Assembly: GCA_046496595.1 (NCBI GenBank)
Contig: JAWOGU010000488.1
Location: forward strand, 1 to 42,896
Reading direction: 5' to 3'
DNA length: 42,896 nt
Source of the DNA: Chloroflexota bacterium
GTDB taxonomy: Bacteria; Chloroflexota; Anaerolineae; Promineifilales; Promineifilaceae
Positions within the stretch are counted from its first letter, which is position 1. Every line of letters begins with the position of its first letter. Positions 18,103-26,846 of this stretch are shown here, piece after piece. The translations under genes were made by a program, and so were the position numbers. The notes below the pieces were generated by a model that ran no database searches, had not been told where the DNA came from, and saw only the letters and a program-made list of their open reading frames with translations.

Positions 18103-19938
18103 ATGGCTTTACGAATACGGCGCATGGGGCGCCAATATGAAACAGACGAAGATAAACAACGGGCGGCGCGGCTGACGCGCAAAGATATGTCTACCTACGG
18201 CCGTTTATTGCAATATGTGCGTCCTTATTGGGCGTGGATGCTGGTTTCTCTCCTCGCCTTATTGTTCAGCGTGGGTCTGGGGCTGGTTTTGCCCCTGGTC
18301 ATCGGGAATCTGGTGGACTTGATTTTAGTGGATCAAAATGTGCCCCGGCTGAATCAGTTGGCCTTGGGCTTGTTTGTGGTGTTTATTTTGCAGGCCGCCG
18401 CCAGTTTTGTAAACCGGTTGTCGCTGGCCTATGTGGGCGAGAACGTGGTGGCCAACATTCGGGTGCAGGTGTATGCCCACTTGCAAACGCTGTCGCTGCG
18501 CTACTTCACCGATCATCGCACCGGCGAAATTATCTCGCGCATCACCAACGATGTGTCGCAGCTGCAAAACGCCGTGACTGAGGATTTGCTGGCGTTACTG
18601 CGGCAGGTACTCACCCTGGCAGGCGCAGTAGTCTTGCTGTTCTGGCTCGATTGGCGCTTGACGCTGATCATTTTGTTGGGCATCCCCTTCATCACGCTGA
18701 CGATGGTGTGGCTGGGGCGCAAAATCCGGCGCGAGTCGAAGGCGGTGCAAGACGCTCTGGCGCAGGCCGCCAACGTCTTGGAAGAAACAGTATCGGGCGT
18801 GCGCATTGTGCAGTCGTTTACGCGGGAGGTGTATGAAATTGGCCGTTTCTCGGAAAAAGTAGACGAAACTTATGAAGCGGCCATGCGCCGCGCCAAAATC
18901 GGGGCGGTGCTGGGTCCGCTGATTGGCTTTATGGCGTTTGCCTCGATTACGATTACGCTCTGGTTTGGCGCGTATGAAGTGATGCAGGGCGAGTTGACGG
19001 CCGGCGGTCTGGTGGCTTATCTGGTGTATACCATGATGGTGGCGACGCCGATTGCCACGCTGGCGGGTCTGTATGCCCGTTTTCAGGGCGCGATTGGCGC
19101 CACGGAACGTATTTTTGACTTGCTGGACACGGAGCCGGACATTGTGTCGGCGCCCGATGCGCCTGCACTGCCGGCTGTGACGGGGGAGGTGGTGTTTGAG
19201 GACGTGAGCTTTGCCTACACAACGGCCGTTGCCATTCTTAAAGATGTCAGTTTTAGCGCCAAACCTGGACAGGTGGTGGCTCTGGTTGGTCCCAGCGGGG
19301 CGGGCAAGTCTACCCTTATCAGCCTTATACCGCGTTTTTGGGATGCCGATAACGGCCGTGTTCTCATCGACGGGCACGACATCCGCGACGTGGACCTGCA
19401 CAGCCTGCGGGCGCAAATCGGCATCGTGCCCCAGGAAACCACGCTTTTTTCCGACACCGTTTACGCCAACATCCGCTACGGCTGTTTAGACGCCAACCGT
19501 GAAGAAGTGGAAGCCGCCGCCAAAGCTGCCAATGCCCATGACTTCATCCTCCACGATTTAGCCGAAGGTTACGACACGCTGGTCGGCGAACGCGGGGTCA
19601 AGTTGAGCGGCGGACAGCGCCAGCGGGTTGCCATTGCCCGCGCCCTCCTCAAAAATCCGCGCATCCTCATTCTGGACGAAGCCACCTCTTCTCTGGACAG
19701 CGAGAGCGAAAGCCTGGTGCAAGAGGCGCTGGACCGTTTGATGCAGTCTCGCACGTCATTTGTCATCGCCCATCGCTTAAGCACCATTGTAAATGCCGAT
19801 TGGGTGCTGATGCTGCATGAAGGCCAGGTGGTGGAGCAAGGCACGCACGCCACCCTGTTGGCAGCACCGGACGGCCTGTACACCCGCCTATACCAGATGC
19901 AGTTCAAAACAACGGCCGCAGGGGAGTTCCCTTTGTAA
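18103..19938 (+). CDS. ABC exporter, fused permease/ATPase (MsbA-like)
   Basis: TMD plus NBD with Walker A GPSGAGKST, signature LSGGQRQRVAIARA and Walker B ILILDEATSSLD. Confidence 0.9.
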   Translation: MALRIRRMGRQYETDEDKQRAARLTRKDMSTYGRLLQYVRPYWAWMLVSLLALLFSVGLGLVLPLVIGNLVDLILVDQNVPRLNQLALGLFVVFILQAAASFVNRLSLAYVGENVVANIRVQVYAHLQTLSLRYFTDHRTGEIISRITNDVSQLQNAVTEDLLALLRQVLTLAGAVVLLFWLDWRLTLIILLGIPFITLTMVWLGRKIRRESKAVQDALAQAANVLEETVSGVRIVQSFTREVYEIGRFSEKVDETYEAAMRRAKIGAVLGPLIGFMAFASITITLWFGAYEVMQGELTAGGLVAYLVYTMMVATPIATLAGLYARFQGAIGATERIFDLLDTEPDIVSAPDAPALPAVTGEVVFEDVSFAYTTAVAILKDVSFSAKPGQVVALVGPSGAGKSTLISLIPRFWDADNGRVLIDGHDIRDVDLHSLRAQIGIVPQETTLFSDTVYANIRYGCLDANREEVEAAAKAANAHDFILHDLAEGYDTLVGERGVKLSGGQRQRVAIARALLKNPRILILDEATSSLDSESESLVQEALDRLMQSRTSFVIAHRLSTIVNADWVLMLHEGQVVEQGTHATLLAAPDGLYTRLYQMQFKTTAAGEFPL

Positions 19939-19953
19939 TAAGGTTTGCACGTT

Positions 19954-21051
19954 TTAGAACTTCGCTTTCTTCTCTTCGATAGTATTTAGCAGTACAGAAA
20001 AGGCGCTTGCGAATAGTTCAACACCGTCATCTTGCAGTTTTTCGGTGACGGCGTCCAGATCAACGCCCAGTTCGGCCAGTTTTGCCAGCGCTTGTTCCGC
20101 TTCCGCCACGTTGGCTTCCAGCGTATAGCCGACTGTGCCGCTCTCACGGAAGGCATCGATGGTCGCCGGCGGCATGGTGTTGACGGTTTCAGGACCGATG
20201 AGTTCATCGACGTAAAGCGTGCTGGGGTAGTTGGGATTCTTGGTACCGGTAGAAGCCCAGAGAAGCCGTTGGCGGTTGGCGCCTGTGGCTTGCAGTGCAC
20301 TAAACGGATCTCCGTGGAACAGTTCTTTGAATCGTCTGTAGACGACTTTGCTGTTGGCAATGGCAACTTGACCCATCAGGGAAGCCGCTTCCGGATCGCT
20401 CTTAGCGGAGAGTTGTTCGTCTACAACTGCGTCAACACGGCTGACAAAGAACGAGGCCACAGAAGCGACCTTGCTCGGATCGCCGCCGTTTGCCACCAGC
20501 TTGGCGATGCCGTCAATATAGGCTTGAGCGACAGCGTTGTAGTGCGCCATGCTGAACATGAGCGTCACGTTGACGTTGATGCCTTCGCTGATGAGCTGCT
20601 TAATGGCGGGAATGCCTTGCGGGGTAGCCGGTACTTTGATCATGAGATTGGGCCGACCCACGGCGGCAAACAGGCTGCGCGCTTCGCGGATTGTGCCTTC
20701 TGTTTCTCGCGCCAGGTTGGGAGAAACTTCCAGGCTAACGTAGCCGTCGCCGCCATTCGATTCGGCGTACAGCGGTGCGAATAGATCGCAGGCGGTCTGG
20801 ATGTCAGCAATTGCCAGTTTTTCGTAGATTTCCTGGGTAGACGCGCCCGATGCTACCAACTGCGCCATTTGTTCATCGTAGTCGTCGCTGCCGCCAATGG
20901 CTTTTTCAAAAATGGCGGGATTTGAGGTCATGCCGCGCAGGCCATCGTTTGTGATGAGGCTTTGCAGGGTACCGTCTTGCAAAAACTTGCGGCGGATGTT
21001 GTCGTACCAAAAGCTTTGCCCGAAGGCGTGTAATTCAACGAGGGGATTCAT
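19954..21051 (-). CDS. tal: Transaldolase
   Basis: Motifs GMTSNPAIFEKAI and the catalytic-lysine region NLMIKVPAT. Length 365 aa. Confidence 0.85.
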   Translation of the reverse strand: MNPLVELHAFGQSFWYDNIRRKFLQDGTLQSLITNDGLRGMTSNPAIFEKAIGGSDDYDEQMAQLVASGASTQEIYEKLAIADIQTACDLFAPLYAESNGGDGYVSLEVSPNLARETEGTIREARSLFAAVGRPNLMIKVPATPQGIPAIKQLISEGINVNVTLMFSMAHYNAVAQAYIDGIAKLVANGGDPSKVASVASFFVSRVDAVVDEQLSAKSDPEAASLMGQVAIANSKVVYRRFKELFHGDPFSALQATGANRQRLLWASTGTKNPNYPSTLYVDELIGPETVNTMPPATIDAFRESGTVGYTLEANVAEAEQALAKLAELGVDLDAVTEKLQDDGVELFASAFSVLLNTIEEKKAKF

Positions 21052-21071
21052 ATCTTTCTCCTATTTTTTAA

Positions 21072-21095
21072 CGCAGAGGCGCAGAGGCGCAGAGG
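21072..21095. repeat. Three tandem octamers CGCAGAGG
   Basis: Read directly. The reverse complement is related to the CTCTGCG...CTCCGCGGTGAAAA elements at 37363 and 38178. Confidence 0.8.
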
Positions 21096-21201
21096 ATTTC
21101 TGTGTGCGATTTTGCGGATACGTGATGTTGTTACCCATGTGTTGGGAAATTTTGCTGATGGTTAATAGTGTAACTCCAACACTTACTCGTGGCAAGGGGA
21201 A

Positions 21202-21355
21202 GATGTGGGGATGTGGAGGTGTAGAGGTGTAGAGGTGATGGGGTGTAGAGGTGATGGGGTGTGGAGGTGATGGGGTGTGGATACTTTGCCACTTTGCACC
21301 CTGCCACTTTGCACCCTGCCACCTTGCACTCTGCCACCTTGCCACTCTGCCACCC
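21202..21355. repeat. 154-bp composite array: ten G-rich octamers (GGTGTAGA/GGTGATGG/GGTGTGGA), then about ten 7-8-nt units (CACTTTGC/ACCCTGC)
   Basis: Units indexed by hand. The first block is 21202-21281 and the second is 21282-21355. The first block shares GGTGATGGGGTGTGGAGGTG with the array at 5129-5160. Confidence 0.85.
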
Positions 21356-21360
21356 TTTTC

Positions 21361-24081
21361 TTAACTCCCCCGTATGAAGCCCAGTTGTTCAAATACAGAT
21401 TCAAAGCTAAACACGACGCTGCCCATCATCACCAGCACCAAAATCGGAATAAGGACGGCGACAATAAAGGCGAGGAAAGGAAGCACAATGGTACGCCAGC
21501 CGCGAGTATTGTGGGCTGTCGCTGCGCCCATCCAGTAAGAGATGAACCCTAAAATTGTGCCTAAGGCAATAGCCAGGGGCGCGAAAACGGGAATCAAAGC
21601 GACCAACTCAACCAGATAGACCACATGGGCAAACCCCAACCCACGCAGGGTGCGCGTGTAATTGCCCTGGCGGGAGAGACTGCGACCGACCACCGTTACG
21701 GCGCCTATGGTGAGGAACCAGGCTGCCACGCGGATGAACAGGGAAAACCAGTTCAGATCTCTATCCGGTTTAACGAGGTAGGTGAACAGAATCGTGCCCA
21801 CACCCACTAATAGGGCGGGCGCTGTCATCCGGGAATCGGCTACCACTTCCTGGTAAGCGGAGCGATCAAAGACCATGACTCTACCAGCCAGCGGCAGCCA
21901 CGTTTTTACGTCTTTCAAGCCAAGCCACAGATTTGTTAAAGACCAGGGGCCAGAGTTAACGGCCGTTTCCCCTCCGCCTCCTTCTTCTTTAACCAAAATA
22001 GGCTGTTCGCGCCGGTTGTTCAAAATATGAAACACGTCCACCGAATTGCGCGTCGGTGCGACCGCCATGTCCGCCGGGTGGAACAGGAAAGCATCCGTCT
22101 GCTCGCCGCCCAACCCGCCGTGATTGCCGATTAGCTCTTCCAGGGCAGCAACCGTGCCATCGTCGTAAACTGTGCTGATCACCATCAAATCGCCGGCGTG
22201 GGGGAAATCCATGACGCGCTTCACCTGCCAGATGCGGGTGTCCAGGTCGGCGTGTCCATGGGCGTTGGCGTCGGCTGGGGCGTAGAGCAGCAGCGGATCG
22301 ATGCCTGTAACTACACCGGTATCAAGATTGCGCTGTCCTTGTTTGCCCAGCACAATCGGCGCGCCATCTTCCCCATAACCGCAGACAATGCCAATGCCGG
22401 GATGCGCCACCAGCGCCGGCACCATGCCGGGATAGGCGGCGTCCAATTCGCTTACTTTGATTTTGCGGGGATACAAATCGAAATAGACCTGCGCCAGGTT
22501 GCCGCTGCCATAAGCCGTTACCTGGGCCGGTTTGTCGTGGCCGATGTCGCCGGCCGTTTCTTCTTGTTTTTTGGCGTTTTTGTCGAGAACTTTCTGACCG
22601 CGTTTGGCCAGCGCCCGACCACCCATGCCGCCCACGCCAGACTGCTGGATGTTTTCCAGTTCGCCGGAAACGGCCGTTAACGAAGTCACGCCCGTATCGC
22701 CGCCCATAGATTGGGTGACAGTGGTGCCCTGCGGCAGCTGCTGCTCGATAAACTCTTTGAGTGAAATGCCGTAGCGCTGTTTAAAGGTTGGGCCAAACGA
22801 TTGGCCGTGATCCGACAGAATGATGAGGTCATAAGGGCGCGGCGCTTTATCTTGAATGGTTTTGAGGACGCGGGCAATGACGCTGTCGTAGGTCGCCAGC
22901 ACTTTAAAGGCATCGCTGGTCCAGGGACCGGAGTGGTGGGCCACTTCGTCGTAACCAGGCCAGGTGACATAGATGCTGGGCGCGCCGCGAATGATGTCCA
23001 GTTCAGCCAGGTTGGCGGCGATGTCGCGCATAAAAACGGTGGTGGCTGCCCGCACAAAGGGGTAGCCATGCGCCATGCGGTTCAGGCGGGGCTGTACGTC
23101 TTTGCGCTTTTGCTGCCACCCTTCCCACACTTCGCGCAGGACATCCACCAAAAACAGGACGATGGTGCGGGTTAAAAAGTAGGGGTTGAGCATGAGCAGG
23201 TAAACATCTTCGGCCCGTTTTTTCTTTTCATCATCGGCGGCGTCGAACAACCCGGCCAATGTCAGCAGTGACTTTTCAGCGTCGCCGTTGAGCATGTTGT
23301 TGATGCTGGAGCCGCCGCGCATGAGACCCTTGCCCTGGGCATAACGGCCGTTTAACTCCGACGCATCCGACCCCGACACATACAGTTTTTGCTGGTCCTT
23401 GTCGAACCAGCGGAAGGCGGGAATGTCGCTGTTGTCGCCGAACATGATGCCGGCCTGGCAGGCCGACGTTTGCGAAGGAATGCCGCAGTCCACCCGCGTC
23501 AGTTGATACCCTTCCTTGCGCATCAAGCGTTCCAGAGTGGGTAAACGGCCGTCGGTCAGCGCTTTTTTGATGTGGTGATAGCTCAACCCGTCAATCTCCA
23601 ACATCACCAGGCCGCGTTGATGGGGATCGATGTCGGCATATGACTGCCTTCTCGCCAGCCGTTCGATAAGACCCTGGTAGAAGGAACCTTCATCGTTCAC
23701 GTCCAAAACACCGGTCAGGACAATGTTGACAGCGGCAAAAACCAGACCGCCCAGGATGGCGCTGAGCCAGCCGGACACTTCAAAAACGGGCAGGAGGTAT
23801 GAGGTGATGAGCAGGGCGGCGGCGTTGACCAGGAAACCCAGCACGAAAACGGCGATGAAGCCTAACGGTCGTGCCAGCAGCAGCACCAACGGCCGGATCA
23901 TCAAGTTGACGATACTCAGCAAAAAAGCGGCCGCAAACGCCTCTAACAGGGCGATGGAATTAGCGCCGCCAAACGAGATACCGGGGAAGATAGCGGCCGT
24001 TAGCAGCAAGGAAAAGCCATCTACCACCCACAAGGTTAAAAAACGTAAAAATGCTTTGGCTACACGCGAAAGTCTGCTCAT
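21361..24081 (-). CDS. Multi-domain membrane protein: N-terminal holin-4-2/DUF360-like helices, alkaline-phosphatase-superfamily (type I phosphodiesterase-like) core, C-terminal Yip1-like membrane domain
   Basis: N-terminus FLLSIVNLMIRPLVLLLARPLGFIAVFVLGFLVNAAALLITSYLL matches the holin-4-2 pattern. The core carries VMLEIDGLSYHH, PSQTSACQAG, DEVAHHSGP, LSDHGQS and GNHGGLGG. The C-terminal approximately 190 aa are polytopic. Confidence 0.6.
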   Translation of the reverse strand: MSRLSRVAKAFLRFLTLWVVDGFSLLLTAAIFPGISFGGANSIALLEAFAAAFLLSIVNLMIRPLVLLLARPLGFIAVFVLGFLVNAAALLITSYLLPVFEVSGWLSAILGGLVFAAVNIVLTGVLDVNDEGSFYQGLIERLARRQSYADIDPHQRGLVMLEIDGLSYHHIKKALTDGRLPTLERLMRKEGYQLTRVDCGIPSQTSACQAGIMFGDNSDIPAFRWFDKDQQKLYVSGSDASELNGRYAQGKGLMRGGSSINNMLNGDAEKSLLTLAGLFDAADDEKKKRAEDVYLLMLNPYFLTRTIVLFLVDVLREVWEGWQQKRKDVQPRLNRMAHGYPFVRAATTVFMRDIAANLAELDIIRGAPSIYVTWPGYDEVAHHSGPWTSDAFKVLATYDSVIARVLKTIQDKAPRPYDLIILSDHGQSFGPTFKQRYGISLKEFIEQQLPQGTTVTQSMGGDTGVTSLTAVSGELENIQQSGVGGMGGRALAKRGQKVLDKNAKKQEETAGDIGHDKPAQVTAYGSGNLAQVYFDLYPRKIKVSELDAAYPGMVPALVAHPGIGIVCGYGEDGAPIVLGKQGQRNLDTGVVTGIDPLLLYAPADANAHGHADLDTRIWQVKRVMDFPHAGDLMVISTVYDDGTVAALEELIGNHGGLGGEQTDAFLFHPADMAVAPTRNSVDVFHILNNRREQPILVKEEGGGGETAVNSGPWSLTNLWLGLKDVKTWLPLAGRVMVFDRSAYQEVVADSRMTAPALLVGVGTILFTYLVKPDRDLNWFSLFIRVAAWFLTIGAVTVVGRSLSRQGNYTRTLRGLGFAHVVYLVELVALIPVFAPLAIALGTILGFISYWMGAATAHNTRGWRTIVLPFLAFIVAVLIPILVLVMMGSVVFSFESVFEQLGFIRGS

Positions 24082-24181
24082 TTTTCACTTTTCCTTTTGC
24101 TACATTTTAATCGCGTTTAGCGGGATCTGGCAAAGTGAAGAAAGCCGGGAAATTGGGAAAGCCGATAACGGCCGTTTCCCC

Positions 24182-26626
24182 TTATTCATCAACGCGCACC
24201 GGCGTCAGCACCAGAAAATCGTCCTGGGTGATGCGTCCTTCCGGCGTGACGATTTGCAGCCGCTGAAAACCGCTTTCCGGCGAATGGGTGTAGACGCCGA
24301 GAATGATGGGATAGACGTCCGGCGGCGTGTTGGCGTCCAAGGTGATGGTCATGGGGATGATTTGGTCCGCGCCGGTTTCCCAGGTAGAGGTAGGATCAGT
24401 CGGCGGCTGGATGTCCTGGCTGCCGTAGCGGGTGGTGGTTTGCAGATCTACAACCTGGGCGAAGAAGGTGTAGTTATGGGTTAACGGCCGTTTTGCCCGC
24501 CAGTAGGTATCCAATTCAAGTACGCCGCCCGCTTGTGTCTGTCGCGGCGCCAGTTCGTAGCCCACCAACTCCAACTCGTTGCCAAAGTTGACCGAAAGGG
24601 GGTTGGGGTAGGCGCCGGAAACGGTTTCCAACGGTATCGTCGCCACTTGCACCGCATCGTTGACAACTGGCAAATCCGTATAACTTACCGGCAGACGGGT
24701 ACAGGCGGGGCAGGTGTTATAGTCATATAAACCGATGTTGAGCGCCAGGTCAACCGGGGCAATGGCGGTCGGCGGCACGGTCAGTTTGTAGCGGTTGACG
24801 ATATGGTCGCCGGGTTTCAGCAGCCGGGTTGCCAGCAGCCCTTGTCCGAGGAACATATCGCGTTGGGCAATGGGGCGGCCTAAAACGGGATCAGTCAGGT
24901 GGACAAACACAGACCAATCCCGGTCCATCGGTTCCAGCACTTCCCACTCCAAAGCCAGCCAGAGATCGTCACCGGGGGAAACGGACACTTCGGCCTTGCT
25001 CAGTGTAGGCGTTTTGCCCAGTTCATAGCCTATCAATTTCAGCTTTCCGCCAAATTCCGCCTCCCCGCGATTGAAGGGTGAGGCATAAACCGGTGGCTCA
25101 TAAGCCGGTTGAATCCATAGCCAGGGCGCCAGGGCGGCAATGACAAACATAAACGCGCCGAATGCGCCAGCCATCCAGCGCGCCGCTTTCGGCGGCAGCC
25201 AGCCCACCAGCCCCACCAGCAGCAGCACCGACAACGCGGAAACGGCCGTGAACACCAACCGCCCCTGCGACGACCAGGTGGTGGTGGCCCACTGGATTAA
25301 CCCAAATACCACCGCCCCGGCAAACAGCAGGCATACTACCAGGCCAAATTGATAGACGACGAAATATAAAAGATTAGAGATTAAAGATTGAAGATGCCAC
25401 GTCCAACCGCCAATCTTTAATCTCCAATCTTTAAGCTTTTGCCCAAAATACACCCCAAACCCCACCACCGACGCCATTAAAACCGTATTCAGCAGCCCGT
25501 AAATCCACATGGGCATGGGCACGTTGACGCCGCCGAACAAGCCCCAGTAGGCCATCATGAAACCCTGTCGTTCGCCCCACAACTGGGCCAGGGAGGCCGG
25601 ATTGGCGCGCTGCCCCAGGACGGCGATGAAGGCGTTCCAACCTAAAAAGTCGCCATATAGCTGGATGTTGCGCCAGTACCACCAGCCGGCGATGAGGATG
25701 ACAGGGATGAGTAATAACGCAAAATAGAGGATGGATTGGAGCAAGGTTTTGAAGAGTTGGGTGTAGGAGAGGAAACGGCCGTTTTCCCCCTCCATCGTCA
25801 TCACCTGCCAGCGCGCCACAAAAATCGTCCCCCACGCCAGCGGCAGCAGCGCAAACGTACCCTGTTTTGTAAGCACCCCCAGCCCAATCACCACCCCCAG
25901 CTGCAGCCAATCCCACACCTTCGGCACTCGCCATTCCCCACTCGCCGCTCGCCACTCGCCACTCGCCACCCGCCACTCGGCACCCTGCCCACTGCGCACT
26001 GTAAACTGCCCACTGTTCACCGCCTTCAACATCAGCCAAACCGCCAGTGACGCCAACAGAACAGCCAGATTATCATTGTTGACCGCGCCGCTGATAAACA
26101 AGAACATCGGCAAAAAAGCCGTCACCGCCGCCGCTCCCAAGGCAATCTCTGGCCGTCTCGGAACTACTTTTAGCCCGATGAGATAGGTGAGCAGCACCGT
26201 GCCCGCGCTCATCAACACCGAAGCCAGGCGCACCAGCCGCACCGCCAACAGCGTGCCCTGCCACAGATTCGCCTCAGGATCATGAATGGTGAGATTGATG
26301 TTCCCATCTTCGGTAATAATGCCGTTATCCACATGTGGATTCAGCCAGCGCACGGCTTCCATATCACGGGTGTCTATCCAAAATGTCAGGGCTGCGCCCA
26401 TGTAGTAGTACAATGGAGGCTGGCTCGCTTCCTGTTTCCACGGTCCCGCCAGCGCCGGATCAAATACCTGCACCGGCAGCGGATTTCCATCGGCCAGATG
26501 GCGGATCATGGGGTAGTGCCACAATTCGTCGGATGCTTCAAAAACAGGTGTGGTCAGGGCATAAACAGTGCCGAGCAGCACGAATAAAACGAGTATCAGG
26601 CTGAGAATTCTTTTTTGCGTCATCAC
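24182..26626 (-). CDS. GT39/ArnT-like (GT-C fold) glycosyltransferase with a C-terminal soluble extension
   Basis: N-terminal approximately 520 aa are polytopic, with the early periplasmic-loop motif EASDELWHYPMIRH and YYY/PPLYYY. The C-terminal approximately 290 aa are soluble. The ORF is uninterrupted across two embedded repeat elements. Confidence 0.7.
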   Translation of the reverse strand: MMTQKRILSLILVLFVLLGTVYALTTPVFEASDELWHYPMIRHLADGNPLPVQVFDPALAGPWKQEASQPPLYYYMGAALTFWIDTRDMEAVRWLNPHVDNGIITEDGNINLTIHDPEANLWQGTLLAVRLVRLASVLMSAGTVLLTYLIGLKVVPRRPEIALGAAAVTAFLPMFLFISGAVNNDNLAVLLASLAVWLMLKAVNSGQFTVRSGQGAEWRVASGEWRAASGEWRVPKVWDWLQLGVVIGLGVLTKQGTFALLPLAWGTIFVARWQVMTMEGENGRFLSYTQLFKTLLQSILYFALLLIPVILIAGWWYWRNIQLYGDFLGWNAFIAVLGQRANPASLAQLWGERQGFMMAYWGLFGGVNVPMPMWIYGLLNTVLMASVVGFGVYFGQKLKDWRLKIGGWTWHLQSLISNLLYFVVYQFGLVVCLLFAGAVVFGLIQWATTTWSSQGRLVFTAVSALSVLLLVGLVGWLPPKAARWMAGAFGAFMFVIAALAPWLWIQPAYEPPVYASPFNRGEAEFGGKLKLIGYELGKTPTLSKAEVSVSPGDDLWLALEWEVLEPMDRDWSVFVHLTDPVLGRPIAQRDMFLGQGLLATRLLKPGDHIVNRYKLTVPPTAIAPVDLALNIGLYDYNTCPACTRLPVSYTDLPVVNDAVQVATIPLETVSGAYPNPLSVNFGNELELVGYELAPRQTQAGGVLELDTYWRAKRPLTHNYTFFAQVVDLQTTTRYGSQDIQPPTDPTSTWETGADQIIPMTITLDANTPPDVYPIILGVYTHSPESGFQRLQIVTPEGRITQDDFLVLTPVRVDE
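25368..25435. repeat. AAGATTN-family heptamer hairpin embedded in-frame in the GT39 gene
   Basis: Left arm AAAGATTAGAGATTAAAGATTGAAGAT, a 16-nt spacer, right arm AATCTTTAATCTCCAATCTTTAAG. Translated as KLKDWRLKIGGWTWHLQSLISNLLYF. Same family as the alaS-flanking elements. Confidence 0.8.
25925..26022. repeat. Fourteen consecutive heptamers (nine CACTCGC-like plus five NNCACTG-like) embedded in-frame in the GT39 gene
   Basis: Indexed unit by unit. Translated on the minus strand as SGQFTVRSGQGAEWRVASGEWRAASGEWRV. The minus strand reads CGGTGAA CAGTGGG CAGTTTA CAGTGCG..., the same family as 42619-42716. Confidence 0.85.
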
Positions 26627-26846
26627 TTGTGGATTTTACCGACATCTGCACAAGTTGCACGAATGGAATTGCGACGAATTGCCTATACCCAGCCCGTTTG
26701 TTTGGCGTAGAATTGCCGTTTGATCTTTATTTCACAAATGAGATGAGGGATTTGGTTGTTAACGAACTGCTGCATGACTGCGTTGAAATAACTGAGCAGT
26801 GATCACAATAGTTTCAGGCCAAAACGCATCATCTGAGGATGACTCT

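Noticed and set aside
21061-21404. Three overlapping minus-strand ORFs (21061-21345, 21131-21337, 21183-21404) giving WQGAKWQGAKWQ / HPITSTPHHLY peptides.
   Set aside because: They are translations of the 7-8-nt tandem arrays in three frames. There is no RBS and no non-repetitive domain.
23723-24484. 253-aa plus-strand ORF bridging the 906-aa gene, the spacer and the GT39 3' end.
   Set aside because: It is antisense to two well-supported genes and crosses their intergenic spacer. Its composition is shadow-like.
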